From IMG/VR virus record IMGVR_UViG_3300047320_000091: DNA of 59,488 bases, one strand, 5' to 3'. Below the pieces are notes generated by a model. The model did no database searches. It worked only from the letters and a program-made list of their open reading frames with translations, and was not told the DNA's origin. This DNA comes from an uncultured virus (IMG/VR IMGVR_UViG_3300047320_000091) (Duplodnaviria > Heunggongvirae > Uroviricota > Caudoviricetes). Below, piece by piece: positions 8,287 to 17,696 of this stretch; the stretch's first letter is position 1; the number at the start of each line of letters is the position of its first letter. A program made the translations under genes and the position numbers.

Positions 8287-9882
8287 ATGGCCGACACTCA
8301 AGTTAAATACACCCCGTCCCCCAAGACGGGTAATCCCGGTCTGCTGTCTTCGGCAGCCACGACCATGCAGGCTCGCACCGCCATGCTCCGCGCCGTCTAC
8401 GGCGGCACGGAAACCATGCGCACCAAGGGCGCCGAGTTCCTTCCTCAGTACGAGAAGGAGTCGGACACCCGGTACGCCGCGCGCCTCGCTTCCACGTTCG
8501 CTCTCAACAAGCTCAGGGAGGCCGTGGATGCGGCTTCCGCCAAACCCTTCCGGACACTGCTCAAGGTCCAGAACGGCGATCCTGACCTCGATCTGTGGAC
8601 CCAGGACATCGATTTGCAGGGCAACCACCTGCACATCTTCGCGCACCAATACTTCAACAACTCGATGCTCGACGGCATGTGCCACCTGCTGGTGGACCAC
8701 CCCGACACCTACAACATGAAGAGCCTGGCCGATCAGAAGGCCTCGGGCGCTCGCCCCTTCATGAAGATGTACAAGGTCGACGACGTGGCCGCCGCCTACG
8801 ACATGTACGTCGGCGGCGACACCAAGACCGTCCACGTCCGCATCCGTGGCCAGCGCGCTGAGCGCGACGGCTTCAAGGAGGTGCTCTACAATCAAATGCG
8901 GGTCATCGAGATCGACCCCGGCAAGACCTCCGGCATCGTCCAGCTCTGGGAGCAGAAGGCGACGTCCGGCGGCTCGAACTGGGACTTCATCGAAGAGACC
9001 CCGATCCAGAACATGGCCGAGGTCCCCTTCGTGACCATGTATGCCGGCGAAAAGGAATCCGACTATCTCGCCCGGCCGATCTTCATCGATCTCGCCTACA
9101 AGCAGATCGAGCACTGGATCTCCAGCTCGGACCAGCGGTCGATCCTGTCGGCTGCCCGATTCCCGATGCTGGCGTGCTCCGGCGTCCAGATTGACCCGGA
9201 AGACGAGAAGCAGTTCGCGATCGGCCCGTACAAGGTGCTCTACGCGCCGGAGGCCAATGGCCGCTGGTACTACGTCGAGCCCCGCGGCACGGCGATCGAG
9301 TCCGGCGCCAAGGATCTCGACAAACTCGAAATGCAGATGGACATGATGGCGCTGAACCCGGTCACGGGCACGCATCGTCAGTACGTCCCGCAGAACGAGC
9401 GCGACATCCAGGAGACCCGGGTCCACTCGGTCGTCCACGACATGGCGATCAACTGCCAAGACGCGATCGAAAAGGCCATCAAGTTCATGGGCCAGTGGAC
9501 CGGCAAGGACTACAGCCAGGTCCAGGTGATCCTGAACACGGAGTTCTCGAACACCAAGGACCGGATCGAGGAGGTCAAGCAGCTCGTCGCCATGTACGAG
9601 AAGCGTGGCATCTCGCGAGAGACCCTCTTGCGCGAAGTCTACAAGCGGAACCTGCTGGGTGACGACTTCAACATGCAGAACGAGCTGGCCGCGCTCGCTG
9701 CGATCGACGCCGCCCTCGGCAGCGCAGATCCGAATGCCAGCGCAACGGCGCCGGCCGCCGACCCGGCGAAACCCGCCGACCCGGCTGCCGCGAACAGCAA
9801 CGATCCTGCAAACGGAACCGGGACCACCCCGAAGACGTTTGACTTCCCCAACGGTCAGGATCGGCCCAAAAAGCAAATCTGA
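8287..9882 (+). CDS. Portal protein (DUF4055-like)
   Basis: Follows terL; 531 aa; VYGGTETMR...FLPQ...E..Y..RL N-terminal pattern. Confidence 0.85.
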   Translation: MADTQVKYTPSPKTGNPGLLSSAATTMQARTAMLRAVYGGTETMRTKGAEFLPQYEKESDTRYAARLASTFALNKLREAVDAASAKPFRTLLKVQNGDPDLDLWTQDIDLQGNHLHIFAHQYFNNSMLDGMCHLLVDHPDTYNMKSLADQKASGARPFMKMYKVDDVAAAYDMYVGGDTKTVHVRIRGQRAERDGFKEVLYNQMRVIEIDPGKTSGIVQLWEQKATSGGSNWDFIEETPIQNMAEVPFVTMYAGEKESDYLARPIFIDLAYKQIEHWISSSDQRSILSAARFPMLACSGVQIDPEDEKQFAIGPYKVLYAPEANGRWYYVEPRGTAIESGAKDLDKLEMQMDMMALNPVTGTHRQYVPQNERDIQETRVHSVVHDMAINCQDAIEKAIKFMGQWTGKDYSQVQVILNTEFSNTKDRIEEVKQLVAMYEKRGISRETLLREVYKRNLLGDDFNMQNELAALAAIDAALGSADPNASATAPAADPAKPADPAAANSNDPANGTGTTPKTFDFPNGQDRPKKQI

Positions 9883-9917
9883 TTGACCGGTGCAAACGCA
9901 ACTGGTAGCAGGATCGG

Positions 9918-10208
9918 ATGGCTGAGATCATCCTCGAATTGAAAGCGGAACCGTACCATTGCGAGCCCTGCTCACTGCAGCAGGGCACGCTGGTGCGCGA
10001 GCTGGTGCGGATGATTCCGAGGTCCGTGGTCCTGTTCGATAAGCTGGTCGGCGACGAGTACTATTGCTGTCCGATCTGCTTTGAGCCCAAGTTCACGGTT
10101 AAGGGCAAAAAGAAGATCAAAGATGGCAAAATTGGAGAAGTGGCAGGAAATCCTGAACCTGGAGGCCGCGGCAAAAGGCCTTCCGGCCCCGTACTCGTCA
10201 AGTCCTGA
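9918..10208 (+). CDS. Hypothetical Cys-motif (Zn-ribbon-like) protein
   Basis: CEPC and CPIC pairs. Confidence 0.45.
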   Translation: MAEIILELKAEPYHCEPCSLQQGTLVRELVRMIPRSVVLFDKLVGDEYYCCPICFEPKFTVKGKKKIKDGKIGEVAGNPEPGGRGKRPSGPVLVKS

Positions 10209-10404
10209 CGCGGAGCCCTCCATAAGGTTCGGCGACTTGCCTCACCCCGAGGTCTTGGCGCCGCCGACCGCCGCCGAGAGCGTGCGGCAGATCGCTGATG
10301 ACGTCCGGATGACCCGGAATATTGGCCTCGCATTCCTGCTCGGTCGCATGGTTCCGGGGCTGTTTGCCCTCGGTTTCATCTGGCTGCTCTTCTTCCGCCA
10401 CTGA
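10123..10404 (+). CDS. Hypothetical membrane protein
   Basis: ATG at 10123; hydrophobic C-terminus; overlaps the previous ORF. Confidence 0.45.
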   Translation: MAKLEKWQEILNLEAAAKGLPAPYSSSPDAEPSIRFGDLPHPEVLAPPTAAESVRQIADDVRMTRNIGLAFLLGRMVPGLFALGFIWLLFFRH

Positions 10405-10428
10405 TTTGCATTTTTCTAGGGGGAGGGG

Positions 10429-10475
10429 TTGACAGAACCCCCATATCATGCGTATAGATTTGCTTGAATGCAAAT
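10429..10475 (+). promoter_or_regulatory. Sigma70-like promoter followed by a palindromic operator-like site
   Basis: TTGACA 10429-10434, TATAGA 10453-10458, then TTTGCTTGAATGCAAA 10459-10474. Confidence 0.6.
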
Positions 10476-10484
10476 GGAGTGACC

Positions 10485-10769
10485 GTGCAGCTCTTCCTCA
10501 GCAAATCCCTCGTCCAAGCCTTCCGCCTGCCTCTCTGGGGCCGCACCGCTGACGAGACGCCGCCGCAATGGCTGGTGGCCCGGATCCAAGCCGGAGAGCT
10601 GGAGATGAACAGCCTTGGCGGCCTCACCATGGGCACGCCGTTCGGTGCGCAGTCCTGCGTCGCGGGCGACATCGTGGTCTTCTACCCGGACAACTCGATC
10701 GGATTCGAGAAGCCCGAGACGTTTGAACGGGACTTCGAGCCCGTTCAGGATCTTCAGCAGGCCGCCTGA
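10485..10769 (+). CDS. Hypothetical protein
   Basis: GTG after GGAG; GDIVV...F...F..DF ending common in small phage proteins. Confidence 0.65.
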   Translation: MQLFLSKSLVQAFRLPLWGRTADETPPQWLVARIQAGELEMNSLGGLTMGTPFGAQSCVAGDIVVFYPDNSIGFEKPETFERDFEPVQDLQQAA

Positions 10770-10800
10770 GGCGCCGCTACTTCCTATCCTCACTCAACTT

Positions 10801-10835
10801 AGCCCGTCAGGATCAAACCTCCTGGCGGGCTTTTT
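10801..10835 (+). terminator. Rho-independent terminator
   Basis: GCCCGTCAGGA/TCCTGGCGGGC stem + T5. Confidence 0.75.
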
Positions 10836-10980
10836 GCGTCGTGGGTTCGCGCTCCTGGGTACCACCAGTAGAGCGCGAGATCGGCGGTCCTAGCTCGCAT
10901 CCCGCACAAGACGAGCAGGGATACCCAAGAGCGCGCCGCACGCCCGCGCCGCCGCCGAACATTTCAGCCGGGGTCATGAC

Positions 10981-11802
10981 ATGCAGCTCGCCACCTTCGA
11001 GCCGGTCGTCCCTCGCCAATCGGACTACGCTCGGTTCTTGAAGGAGTACCCCGGGTACCTCCACCAGATCGCGCAGCTCGGCTACTCGCAAGTCTTCTTT
11101 CCGCACAGCGTGGCGTGGGAGCCTTCGCTCATGGCCGCGCCGGACCTATTTGTCGCAGCCTTCGCTGCGCAGGTCCCGCAGCTCCGTTTCGGTATCGCCG
11201 GTTTCAACCTTCGCGCCATGGACCCGTTCTCGGTCTTCCAGCGCACGCTCTATCTATCGGCCCTGTTCCCCGGTCGCATCGACGTCGCCTTCACTTGGGC
11301 TGACACGATCGCCGGCATCGACAAGCACCACGTCGCTCACAATTCGCGGGATGCGGTCGCGGAGATGGTGGACATCTACAAGGCCGGCTCGCCGAACTTT
11401 CCTTCGCCGCCGCTCTATCAGGTGACCACCGGCATCGACCGCTGTCGCTTAGCCGGTCAGATGGGACTCGGTCTGATCACAGCTTACTTCGGGCCTGAAA
11501 GCCTGCCGGCGATCGAGGCCTACCGAGAGGCCAGCGCGCAGCCGCACCTCATGGTGATGGTGCCGGCGGTTTGCGCTGAGACGCAGGCGAAGGCAGATCT
11601 GCTGACGCAGCCGAGCCACATGTTTTACTTCAACAGCCGCTGCAACTTCATGCGCGGCACGCCAGCCGATGTGAAGTGTCGCATCGAAGAACTGGCTCAG
11701 TCCTTGGGGGATCCAAGGATCATCGTCACGGCGCCGCTCTTCAACAGGCAGCGGCGCCTGGAAGCCTACGGGCTTCTCGCCCGAGAGTTCGGGCTCCACT
11801 GA
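10981..11802 (+). CDS. Luciferase-like (LLM class) flavin-dependent oxidoreductase, divergent
   Basis: LGY...APDLFVAAFAAQ..LRFG...P......LSALFPGRID pattern of LLM TIM barrels. Confidence 0.75.
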   Translation: MQLATFEPVVPRQSDYARFLKEYPGYLHQIAQLGYSQVFFPHSVAWEPSLMAAPDLFVAAFAAQVPQLRFGIAGFNLRAMDPFSVFQRTLYLSALFPGRIDVAFTWADTIAGIDKHHVAHNSRDAVAEMVDIYKAGSPNFPSPPLYQVTTGIDRCRLAGQMGLGLITAYFGPESLPAIEAYREASAQPHLMVMVPAVCAETQAKADLLTQPSHMFYFNSRCNFMRGTPADVKCRIEELAQSLGDPRIIVTAPLFNRQRRLEAYGLLAREFGLH

Positions 11803-11807
11803 AATTC

Positions 11808-11967
11808 GCCAGCACCGATCAACCGAGCATCCGGGACGGACCTCGACCGATCGCTGCTGGCAACTTCGATTCCCCGAGACCCTCGGGGATATCACCGGCC
11901 CTTCGAGCGGGATGCTTGGCGGGCCTCTTATCACGAGGGGCGGGATGCCCCGCATTTCCGGGATGGA
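11808..11967 (+). promoter_or_regulatory. Structured leader of the scaffold gene with four GGGAY-loop hairpins
   Basis: TCC-GGGAC-GGA 11830-11840, AGC-GGGAT-GCT 11906-11916, GGGGC-GGGAT-GCCCC 11937-11951, TCC-GGGAT-GGA 11957-11967. Confidence 0.6.
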
Positions 11968-11968
11968 T

Positions 11969-12856
11969 ATGCTCAAAGCAGTCGTTACTGATCTCAACCA
12001 GCTCGATGAGAGCCTGCGTGGCTACTACGTTTCGAAGGACGGGAAGTTCTTCCTGAACGTGACGCCGACCGAAGGTTTCGAACTCGACAACGTGCAGGGC
12101 CTGAAGAACGCTCTCGGCGCGGAACGCAACAACGTTTCGATCCTGAAGGCGCAGCTGCAGCCCTACGAAGGCCTCGATGTGACCGCGGCGAAGACCGCGA
12201 TCGAACGCATCACCGCCTTCGGTGACATCACGCCGGAAGCCGCCAAGACGGCGGTCGAAACGGCGACACGATTGCAAGCACTCGATCCCCAGAAAGAGGC
12301 TGAGACGATCGCGAACACCAAGCTCGAAACCTTCAAGGGACAGATCTCCGCGCAGTACGCGACCAAGGAGACCGAGTTCAACCTGAAGGTCAAGGGCCTG
12401 GAGGACACGAACGCCAGCCTGACGGGGCAGCTTCAGACCTTGATGCGTGACAACGCGATCCAGGCCGAAGTCGCAAAAGCCAACCCACTGGACGACGCGC
12501 GGGATGCCGTCGAACTCCTGGTGTCCAAGTTCGTCAAGACGTCCATGAAGGACGGCAAGGTCGTCGTCGAGGTGCTCGACACCAACGGCAACCCCCGCAT
12601 CAAGGACGTGAATGGCACTCCGGTCACCGTCGCTGATCTCGTCGCTGAGATCCGCGAAAGCCGCGCCGCTCTCTTCAAGCCTGACGAGAAGCGCGGACTG
12701 GGCACTCAGCCCGGAAGCACTGGCGTACAGCCGGCCGGCGGGGTCGTGAACCCCTGGGCCGCTGAGACGCGCAACCTCACCCAGCAGATGGTGCTGGAAA
12801 ATACCAAACCCGAACTGGCCAAGCAGCTCAAGGCTGCAGCCGGCGTCACGGACTAA
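11969..12856 (+). CDS. Capsid scaffolding protein
   Basis: MLKAVVTDL..L.E.LR.YY...DGKF.L start; coiled-coil body; directly upstream of the capsid gene. Confidence 0.8.
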   Translation: MLKAVVTDLNQLDESLRGYYVSKDGKFFLNVTPTEGFELDNVQGLKNALGAERNNVSILKAQLQPYEGLDVTAAKTAIERITAFGDITPEAAKTAVETATRLQALDPQKEAETIANTKLETFKGQISAQYATKETEFNLKVKGLEDTNASLTGQLQTLMRDNAIQAEVAKANPLDDARDAVELLVSKFVKTSMKDGKVVVEVLDTNGNPRIKDVNGTPVTVADLVAEIRESRAALFKPDEKRGLGTQPGSTGVQPAGGVVNPWAAETRNLTQQMVLENTKPELAKQLKAAAGVTD

Positions 12857-12972
12857 CCTCCAACACGCTCATTCAATTGCACCGCCGGGACGTTCGCGCC
12901 CCGGCGTTTGCTTGAATGCAAAAAGCTGCACCCGAAGAGGGGCAAAGGCCAGTCAAAACTCAAGAGTGAGAT

Positions 12973-13953
12973 ATGACTGCAACCGCACTCGCGGACATGA
13001 TCGTCCCGACCAAGTTCAACAAGTACGTCCAGGTTCTCTCGACGCAGAAGTCCGAGCTGTTTCAGTCGGGCATCATCACGGACCTGTCCAGCGTCATCGA
13101 CGCCGAGATCGAAGGCAAGACGGTCAACATGCCGTTCTTCAACGACCTCGACGCCTCGGACGCCGAGCAGGTGCTCGACGACAACTCCGACCTGACCGTC
13201 AGCAAGATCTCCACCGGCCAGGACGTGGCCGTGAAGCTTCTGCGCGGTAAGGCGTTCGGTTCGACCGACCTCGCCGCCGACCTGTCGGGTGCTGACCCGA
13301 TCGACGCCATCGCCAACCGTTTCGCCGACTGGTGGAACAAGCGCATGCAGACCGCTCTGCTCTCGGCCCTCGCGGGCGCGATGGGCGCGGCCAGCATGGC
13401 GGCGAACGTCAACGACATCTCCGCGCTGACCGGTGGTGCTCAGTACTTCGACGCCGACTCGTTCATCGACTCGGCCTTCTTGCTCGGCGACGAGCAGGGT
13501 GGTCTGACCGGTGTCGCCGTCCACTCGCTGACCCTGAAGGCGATGGTGAAGGCCGACCTGATCGACTACATCCCCGACAGCCAGGGCAAGCTGACCATCC
13601 CGACCTATCTCGGCAAGTCCGTGATCGTCGACGACGGCATGCCGGTGAGCGGCGCGGGCGCGACCCGCATCTTCACCACCTACATCTTCGGCCCCGGCGC
13701 GATCGGCTACGGCGAACGCTCCCCGAAGGTCCCGGTGGAGGTCGAGCGCCAGGCTCTGAAGGGCATGGGCCAGGAGTACATCGTCAACCGCCGGCAGTGG
13801 GTCATGCATCCGCGCGGCGTGAAGTGGCTGGGCGGAACGCAGGCTGGCGTCACGCCGGCCAACAGCGAGCTGGCCACCGCGACGAACTGGCAGCGCGTGT
13901 ACGATCCCAAGATCGTCCGCATCGTCGCCTTCAAGCACATGCTGGCGGCCTAA
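12973..13953 (+). CDS. Major capsid protein
   Basis: 326 aa; T.LADMIVP..F..YV, VNMPFFNDL, IVDDGMP, HPRG motifs; strongly biased codons; followed by a terminator. Confidence 0.9.
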   Translation: MTATALADMIVPTKFNKYVQVLSTQKSELFQSGIITDLSSVIDAEIEGKTVNMPFFNDLDASDAEQVLDDNSDLTVSKISTGQDVAVKLLRGKAFGSTDLAADLSGADPIDAIANRFADWWNKRMQTALLSALAGAMGAASMAANVNDISALTGGAQYFDADSFIDSAFLLGDEQGGLTGVAVHSLTLKAMVKADLIDYIPDSQGKLTIPTYLGKSVIVDDGMPVSGAGATRIFTTYIFGPGAIGYGERSPKVPVEVERQALKGMGQEYIVNRRQWVMHPRGVKWLGGTQAGVTPANSELATATNWQRVYDPKIVRIVAFKHMLAA

Positions 13954-13988
13954 TCGTCTGACCCTCAGACGGTGAGCTGAAACACAGG

Positions 13989-14024
13989 ACCCTCCCTGGC
14001 TCTCGAAGCTGGGGAGGGTTTTTT
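13989..14024 (+). terminator. Rho-independent terminator
   Basis: ACCCTCCCTGGCT/AGCTGGGGAGGGT stem + T run. Confidence 0.75.
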
Positions 14025-14042
14025 GTGACTCTGGAGAAATTC

Positions 14043-14447
14043 ATGTTTGGATCGAAAGGCTTCCGCGCCAAGGAAGCGACTGCGAACTACAAGCGTCGCA
14101 TCAAAAAGCTTCAGACCGACGAGGTCCGCGCCGTTCGCTTCGCCAATCTGCACGGCAATGCCGAGCCGGCCGTTGCGCCGGAAGCGGTGGAGCCTGCCGA
14201 GGTCGAAGTGACCGAGGAGACCCAGCCCGCGACGACCGACGCCCCCGCGCCGGAGACGCCCGCCGACGAAGCCGGTGAGAACGGCGACGCGCCTGCCGAC
14301 GAGGCTGGTGACGAAGACGCCGAGGACGCTGGCGACGAAGATGCCGGCGAGGATGCCGCCGAGGGCGAGGCTGACGCCGCTCCCACGGAAGGCGAGACCG
14401 CCCCGAAGAAGAAGGCCGGCAAGGCCAAGAAGAAGTCCGCCAAGTAA
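14043..14447 (+). CDS. Acidic low-complexity protein
   Basis: ATG after GGAG; D/E/A-rich body with Lys-rich tail. Confidence 0.7.
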   Translation: MFGSKGFRAKEATANYKRRIKKLQTDEVRAVRFANLHGNAEPAVAPEAVEPAEVEVTEETQPATTDAPAPETPADEAGENGDAPADEAGDEDAEDAGDEDAGEDAAEGEADAAPTEGETAPKKKAGKAKKKSAK

Positions 14448-14462
14448 GCGGCAGGAGTAGTC

Positions 14463-14891
14463 ATGGGATACGCGACGAAGGAAGACATCGACGAGCTTTA
14501 CGGCACCGACCTCCTCGTCAAGATCGCTGACTACGACCGTGACGGCACGCCGGACCCCCTCGTTGTTGACAAGGGGCTCCAGGCTGCCGACGAGATTTGC
14601 GACGCCTACCTGTCTGCCCAGTACACCATCCCGGTGGTCCCCACGCCCGGCGTGGTGAAGAACTGCGCGATCGACATCGCGGTCTACAAGATCGCGCTCG
14701 GCCGCGGCGGGCGAACGGATGAAATGCGCGTCCGGTACGAAGACGCTCTTGCCCTGCTGGAGAAGATCTCGACCGGCAAGGTGGGCCTTGGCTTACCGCC
14801 CACGACCGGCACCGACGAGAACGGAGACCCGGTGACGACCAACCCGAACGTCAAGCGTTCCGGAGGGTCGTTCGACTGCGGGAGGGCCTGA
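14463..14891 (+). CDS. Head-tail adaptor (Mu gp36/DUF1320-like)
   Basis: YAT..D....YG; DAYL...Y.IP; DIAVY; RYEDA...LE.I..GK..LG. Confidence 0.85.
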   Translation: MGYATKEDIDELYGTDLLVKIADYDRDGTPDPLVVDKGLQAADEICDAYLSAQYTIPVVPTPGVVKNCAIDIAVYKIALGRGGRTDEMRVRYEDALALLEKISTGKVGLGLPPTTGTDENGDPVTTNPNVKRSGGSFDCGRA

Positions 14892-15382
14892 TGCCCGCCG
14901 AACTCAAGTCTCGGATGACCGTCAAAGGTCTCGCCGAGCTGAACAAACGCATCGCCGAGCTGCTGCACGACGCCGACAATCTGCGGCCGGTCTGGGATCA
15001 GGCAGCCGAGTACATGGTGCGCTCGACGCAGAACCGCATCAACCAGACGCACAAAGGTCCGGACGGAACGCCTTGGGCTCGCCTGGCCGATCTCACGGTC
15101 AAGCTGAAGGGCAACGACTGGCCACTCTATGCCACCGGCAAGCTGGTCAATGGCATCCAGGTCGGACAAGTCAACCGCGCCGGCTTCACCATTCAGTCGA
15201 CCGCGACGAATGAGGACGGCCAGAACTATTCGAACTGGGTCCAGAAGGGCGTTCGCCGCAGCAAGGGCAAGTACAAGAAGAAAACCCAGCCGCACTCTCC
15301 GGCTCGTCCGTTCATGGGCTTCTCGAAGGAGAACGTGGCCCGGATCAGCAAGATGATCCGCGATCACCTGAAGAGAACCTGA
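14891..15382 (+). CDS. Virion morphogenesis/tail completion protein (Mu G-like)
   Basis: GPDGTPWA.L...T, L..TG.L and PARPFMG motifs. Confidence 0.85.
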   Translation: MPAELKSRMTVKGLAELNKRIAELLHDADNLRPVWDQAAEYMVRSTQNRINQTHKGPDGTPWARLADLTVKLKGNDWPLYATGKLVNGIQVGQVNRAGFTIQSTATNEDGQNYSNWVQKGVRRSKGKYKKKTQPHSPARPFMGFSKENVARISKMIRDHLKRT

Positions 15383-15963
15383 TGAGTGCGATCGTAAATT
15401 TCCGCAACAAGATCATCGAGACCATCAAGGCCGCGGCTCCCAATGTGGACGTCGACTGGTACGATGGTCTCTTCGATGAGAAGGACGTTGCTGACTGGAC
15501 GCTGAAGACTCCCGCAGCTCGCGTCGCTGTCATGAAGGTCCCAGCAGAACATCACACGACCGGTGAGTTGAACGCCTGTCTCAAGGTGGTCGTCGTCATC
15601 ATCGACGAGAACCGCCACGTCCTTCTGGACGGAGACGAAGATGCGTGGAACCTGGTCGAACAGGTCGCCATCCTGGCGAACCTGAACACTTTCGGCGACC
15701 CAAACGCCGCACCCGCCACGAAGATCGACTTCAAGCGCATCAGCCAGCCTGAGCTGCGTCGAGAAGGCATCACTGTCGGCATCGTTGAATGGCAGAGCGA
15801 CTTGATGATCGGACGAAACCGGTCACGCGAGCGCGAGTACGTCTATCTCAACGGCCAGCAGGTCACACAGGTGCCTCGCAGCCGCGTCACGGCGCTCGGC
15901 CAGGTCACCCTGGCAAGCGGCGCCCACGCAGAAGAAACGCTGGACATCACCCCAGAGGACTAA
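15382..15963 (+). CDS. Tail terminator-like neck protein (Mu gp37-like)
   Basis: Position between the neck gene and baseplate spike; size. Confidence 0.6.
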   Translation: MSAIVNFRNKIIETIKAAAPNVDVDWYDGLFDEKDVADWTLKTPAARVAVMKVPAEHHTTGELNACLKVVVVIIDENRHVLLDGDEDAWNLVEQVAILANLNTFGDPNAAPATKIDFKRISQPELRREGITVGIVEWQSDLMIGRNRSREREYVYLNGQQVTQVPRSRVTALGQVTLASGAHAEETLDITPED

Positions 15964-15969
15964 CCCGCC

Positions 15970-17442
15970 ATGCGCGCTGTACACGCCATGGAGCGGCGAC
16001 TGCAGGATCTTGAACGCAAGATCCAAGGCAAGGAGCGGCTCGGCAAAATCGTCGACGTCAAGTTCGAGAAGAATCGCTGGTACGTCAAGCTCAACGATGG
16101 GCAGGACGAAAGCCCGAGCGGATCGGGCGGCAAGCGCGGCGACACCGTCAAGAGCGACTGGCAGCCGTGGAAGAGCTTCTCCCACGGCACGATCAAGTCG
16201 TCCGTCCCTCCGAAGAAAGGCCAGTACGCGCTGCTCCGCGGCGTGAACGGCATGATGGAGCTGGCGACCGCAGAGCCGTACCACTACGGCCCCGAGAACC
16301 CGTCGCCTCACGACAAGCCGGACGAGATCGTCCACCTGATCGAGGACGACGAGAACGAGCAGCAGCAGGGCGGCCAAGGTGGCCAGGCCGGCGGCGGCTC
16401 GATGTCTGCCATGTCTGAAGGTGGCGGCGAGGGCGGCGGAGGCGGAAAGTACAACACCTGGCAGCGGATCACGAAGGATCTGCACCACCTGATCATCCAG
16501 AAGAAGGGCGCCAACATGGACGCCATGGGTGATCTCGGCGGCCTCGCTGGAATGGCCGGCCTCAACGGGCTGGACATGTCGAACTTCACCAGCGCGATGG
16601 GCGGCCTCGGCAACATCGGCAATCTGGGCAACCTGAACCTCGCCAATATGGCGGACTTCAGCCAGATCAGCAGCATGATCAACATCAGCAACCTGCAGAA
16701 CTTCGCCAACCTCGGACAGATCGCGCAGTTGCAGAACATGACGCACCTGACCTCGGTCGGCAACATCATGCAGACCGTGCAAACGGTCCTCGGCGGCGGC
16801 AGTCTTCAGGCGCCCGGCGGCGACGCTGGCTCGGACGGGCAGGGCGCAGGCCAGAAGCAACAGTCCTCCCGCAAGATCCCCGAGATCCAGGAGGACGGTC
16901 ACTCCGACACCACGCAGGTGCTGGCGGACAAGGAAAAGATCGTCAAGACGGTCGGCGACAAGAAGTCGTTCTACCGGCAGGACGAAGAGAAGGTCCACAT
17001 CCGCTTCGGCGAACAGGACGAGAAGGCCGACATCCTCATGGAGGACGGCAAGCTCAAGGTCCAGTTCAAGGACAAGAAGGCGGTGATCACCCTGACCGAG
17101 GAAGACCTGACGGTCCAGTTTGGTGAGGACGAGAACGCTAAGATGGTGATGACCGACGAGGACATCACGATCACCCAGGGCGGCGAGGATGCTTCCAAGA
17201 TCTTCATGACAGACCACGAGATCGTGGTGTCGCAGGGCGAGGACGCTTCGCGCGTCACGATCCAGGAAGACTACGTCGAAGTGAAGGGCGCCGCTGAGTG
17301 CTCTGTCGGCGTCGATGGTCGCTGGGTCTACATCAATCAAGGCCGCGTCAACCTCGGCGTTTCCGGTCCCAAGGAGATGGCGCAAATGCGCGTCATGACC
17401 GAGGCCGGTCCCTCGAACCGAGTCTGGGCCAACATCGCTTAA
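15970..17442 (+). CDS. Baseplate spike/assembly protein V-like, with large low-complexity insertion
   Basis: N-terminal OB-like region (G.IVDV..SDWQPW...PP..GQ); C-terminal beta-repeats; G/N/M/Q-rich centre. Confidence 0.8.
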   Translation: MRAVHAMERRLQDLERKIQGKERLGKIVDVKFEKNRWYVKLNDGQDESPSGSGGKRGDTVKSDWQPWKSFSHGTIKSSVPPKKGQYALLRGVNGMMELATAEPYHYGPENPSPHDKPDEIVHLIEDDENEQQQGGQGGQAGGGSMSAMSEGGGEGGGGGKYNTWQRITKDLHHLIIQKKGANMDAMGDLGGLAGMAGLNGLDMSNFTSAMGGLGNIGNLGNLNLANMADFSQISSMINISNLQNFANLGQIAQLQNMTHLTSVGNIMQTVQTVLGGGSLQAPGGDAGSDGQGAGQKQQSSRKIPEIQEDGHSDTTQVLADKEKIVKTVGDKKSFYRQDEEKVHIRFGEQDEKADILMEDGKLKVQFKDKKAVITLTEEDLTVQFGEDENAKMVMTDEDITITQGGEDASKIFMTDHEIVVSQGEDASRVTIQEDYVEVKGAAECSVGVDGRWVYINQGRVNLGVSGPKEMAQMRVMTEAGPSNRVWANIA

Positions 17443-17459
17443 CAAGGAACAAGAAGAAA

Positions 17460-17696
17460 ATGCCCAAGTACAACGTCGAAAAAGCGATCTGGCTCGGCGG
17501 TCTCAAGCAGGATGCCGGCTCGGTTGTCACCCTCACCGAGGCGCAGGCCAAGTATTGGGGCCACGCGCTGAGCAAGGTCGAAGACAAGCCGGCCGAAGCC
17601 GCTCCCGTCACGAAGAAGGCTGCCAAGAAGGCCGACGCCGCGGGCGCGGTCGTGACCGAGCAGCCGGAGGCAACTGCGAATGGCGCTGGCAACTGA
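17460..17696 (+). CDS. Small virion-associated hypothetical protein
   Basis: G..V.LT..QAK motif; biased codons. Confidence 0.6.
   Translation: MPKYNVEKAIWLGGLKQDAGSVVTLTEAQAKYWGHALSKVEDKPAEAAPVTKKAAKKADAAGAVVTEQPEATANGAGN

Noticed and set aside
10459..10474. 16-bp motif as a known host box (alphaproteobacterial LexA GTTC-N7-GTTC, FixK/FNR TTGA-N6-TCAA, Irr ICE)
   Set aside because: The consensus TTTGC-N6-GCAAA matches none of these as I recall them
11912..11968. N-terminal extension of the scaffold ORF given in the ORF track
   Set aside because: It runs through the hairpin leader; the typical scaffold N-terminus begins at ATG 11969
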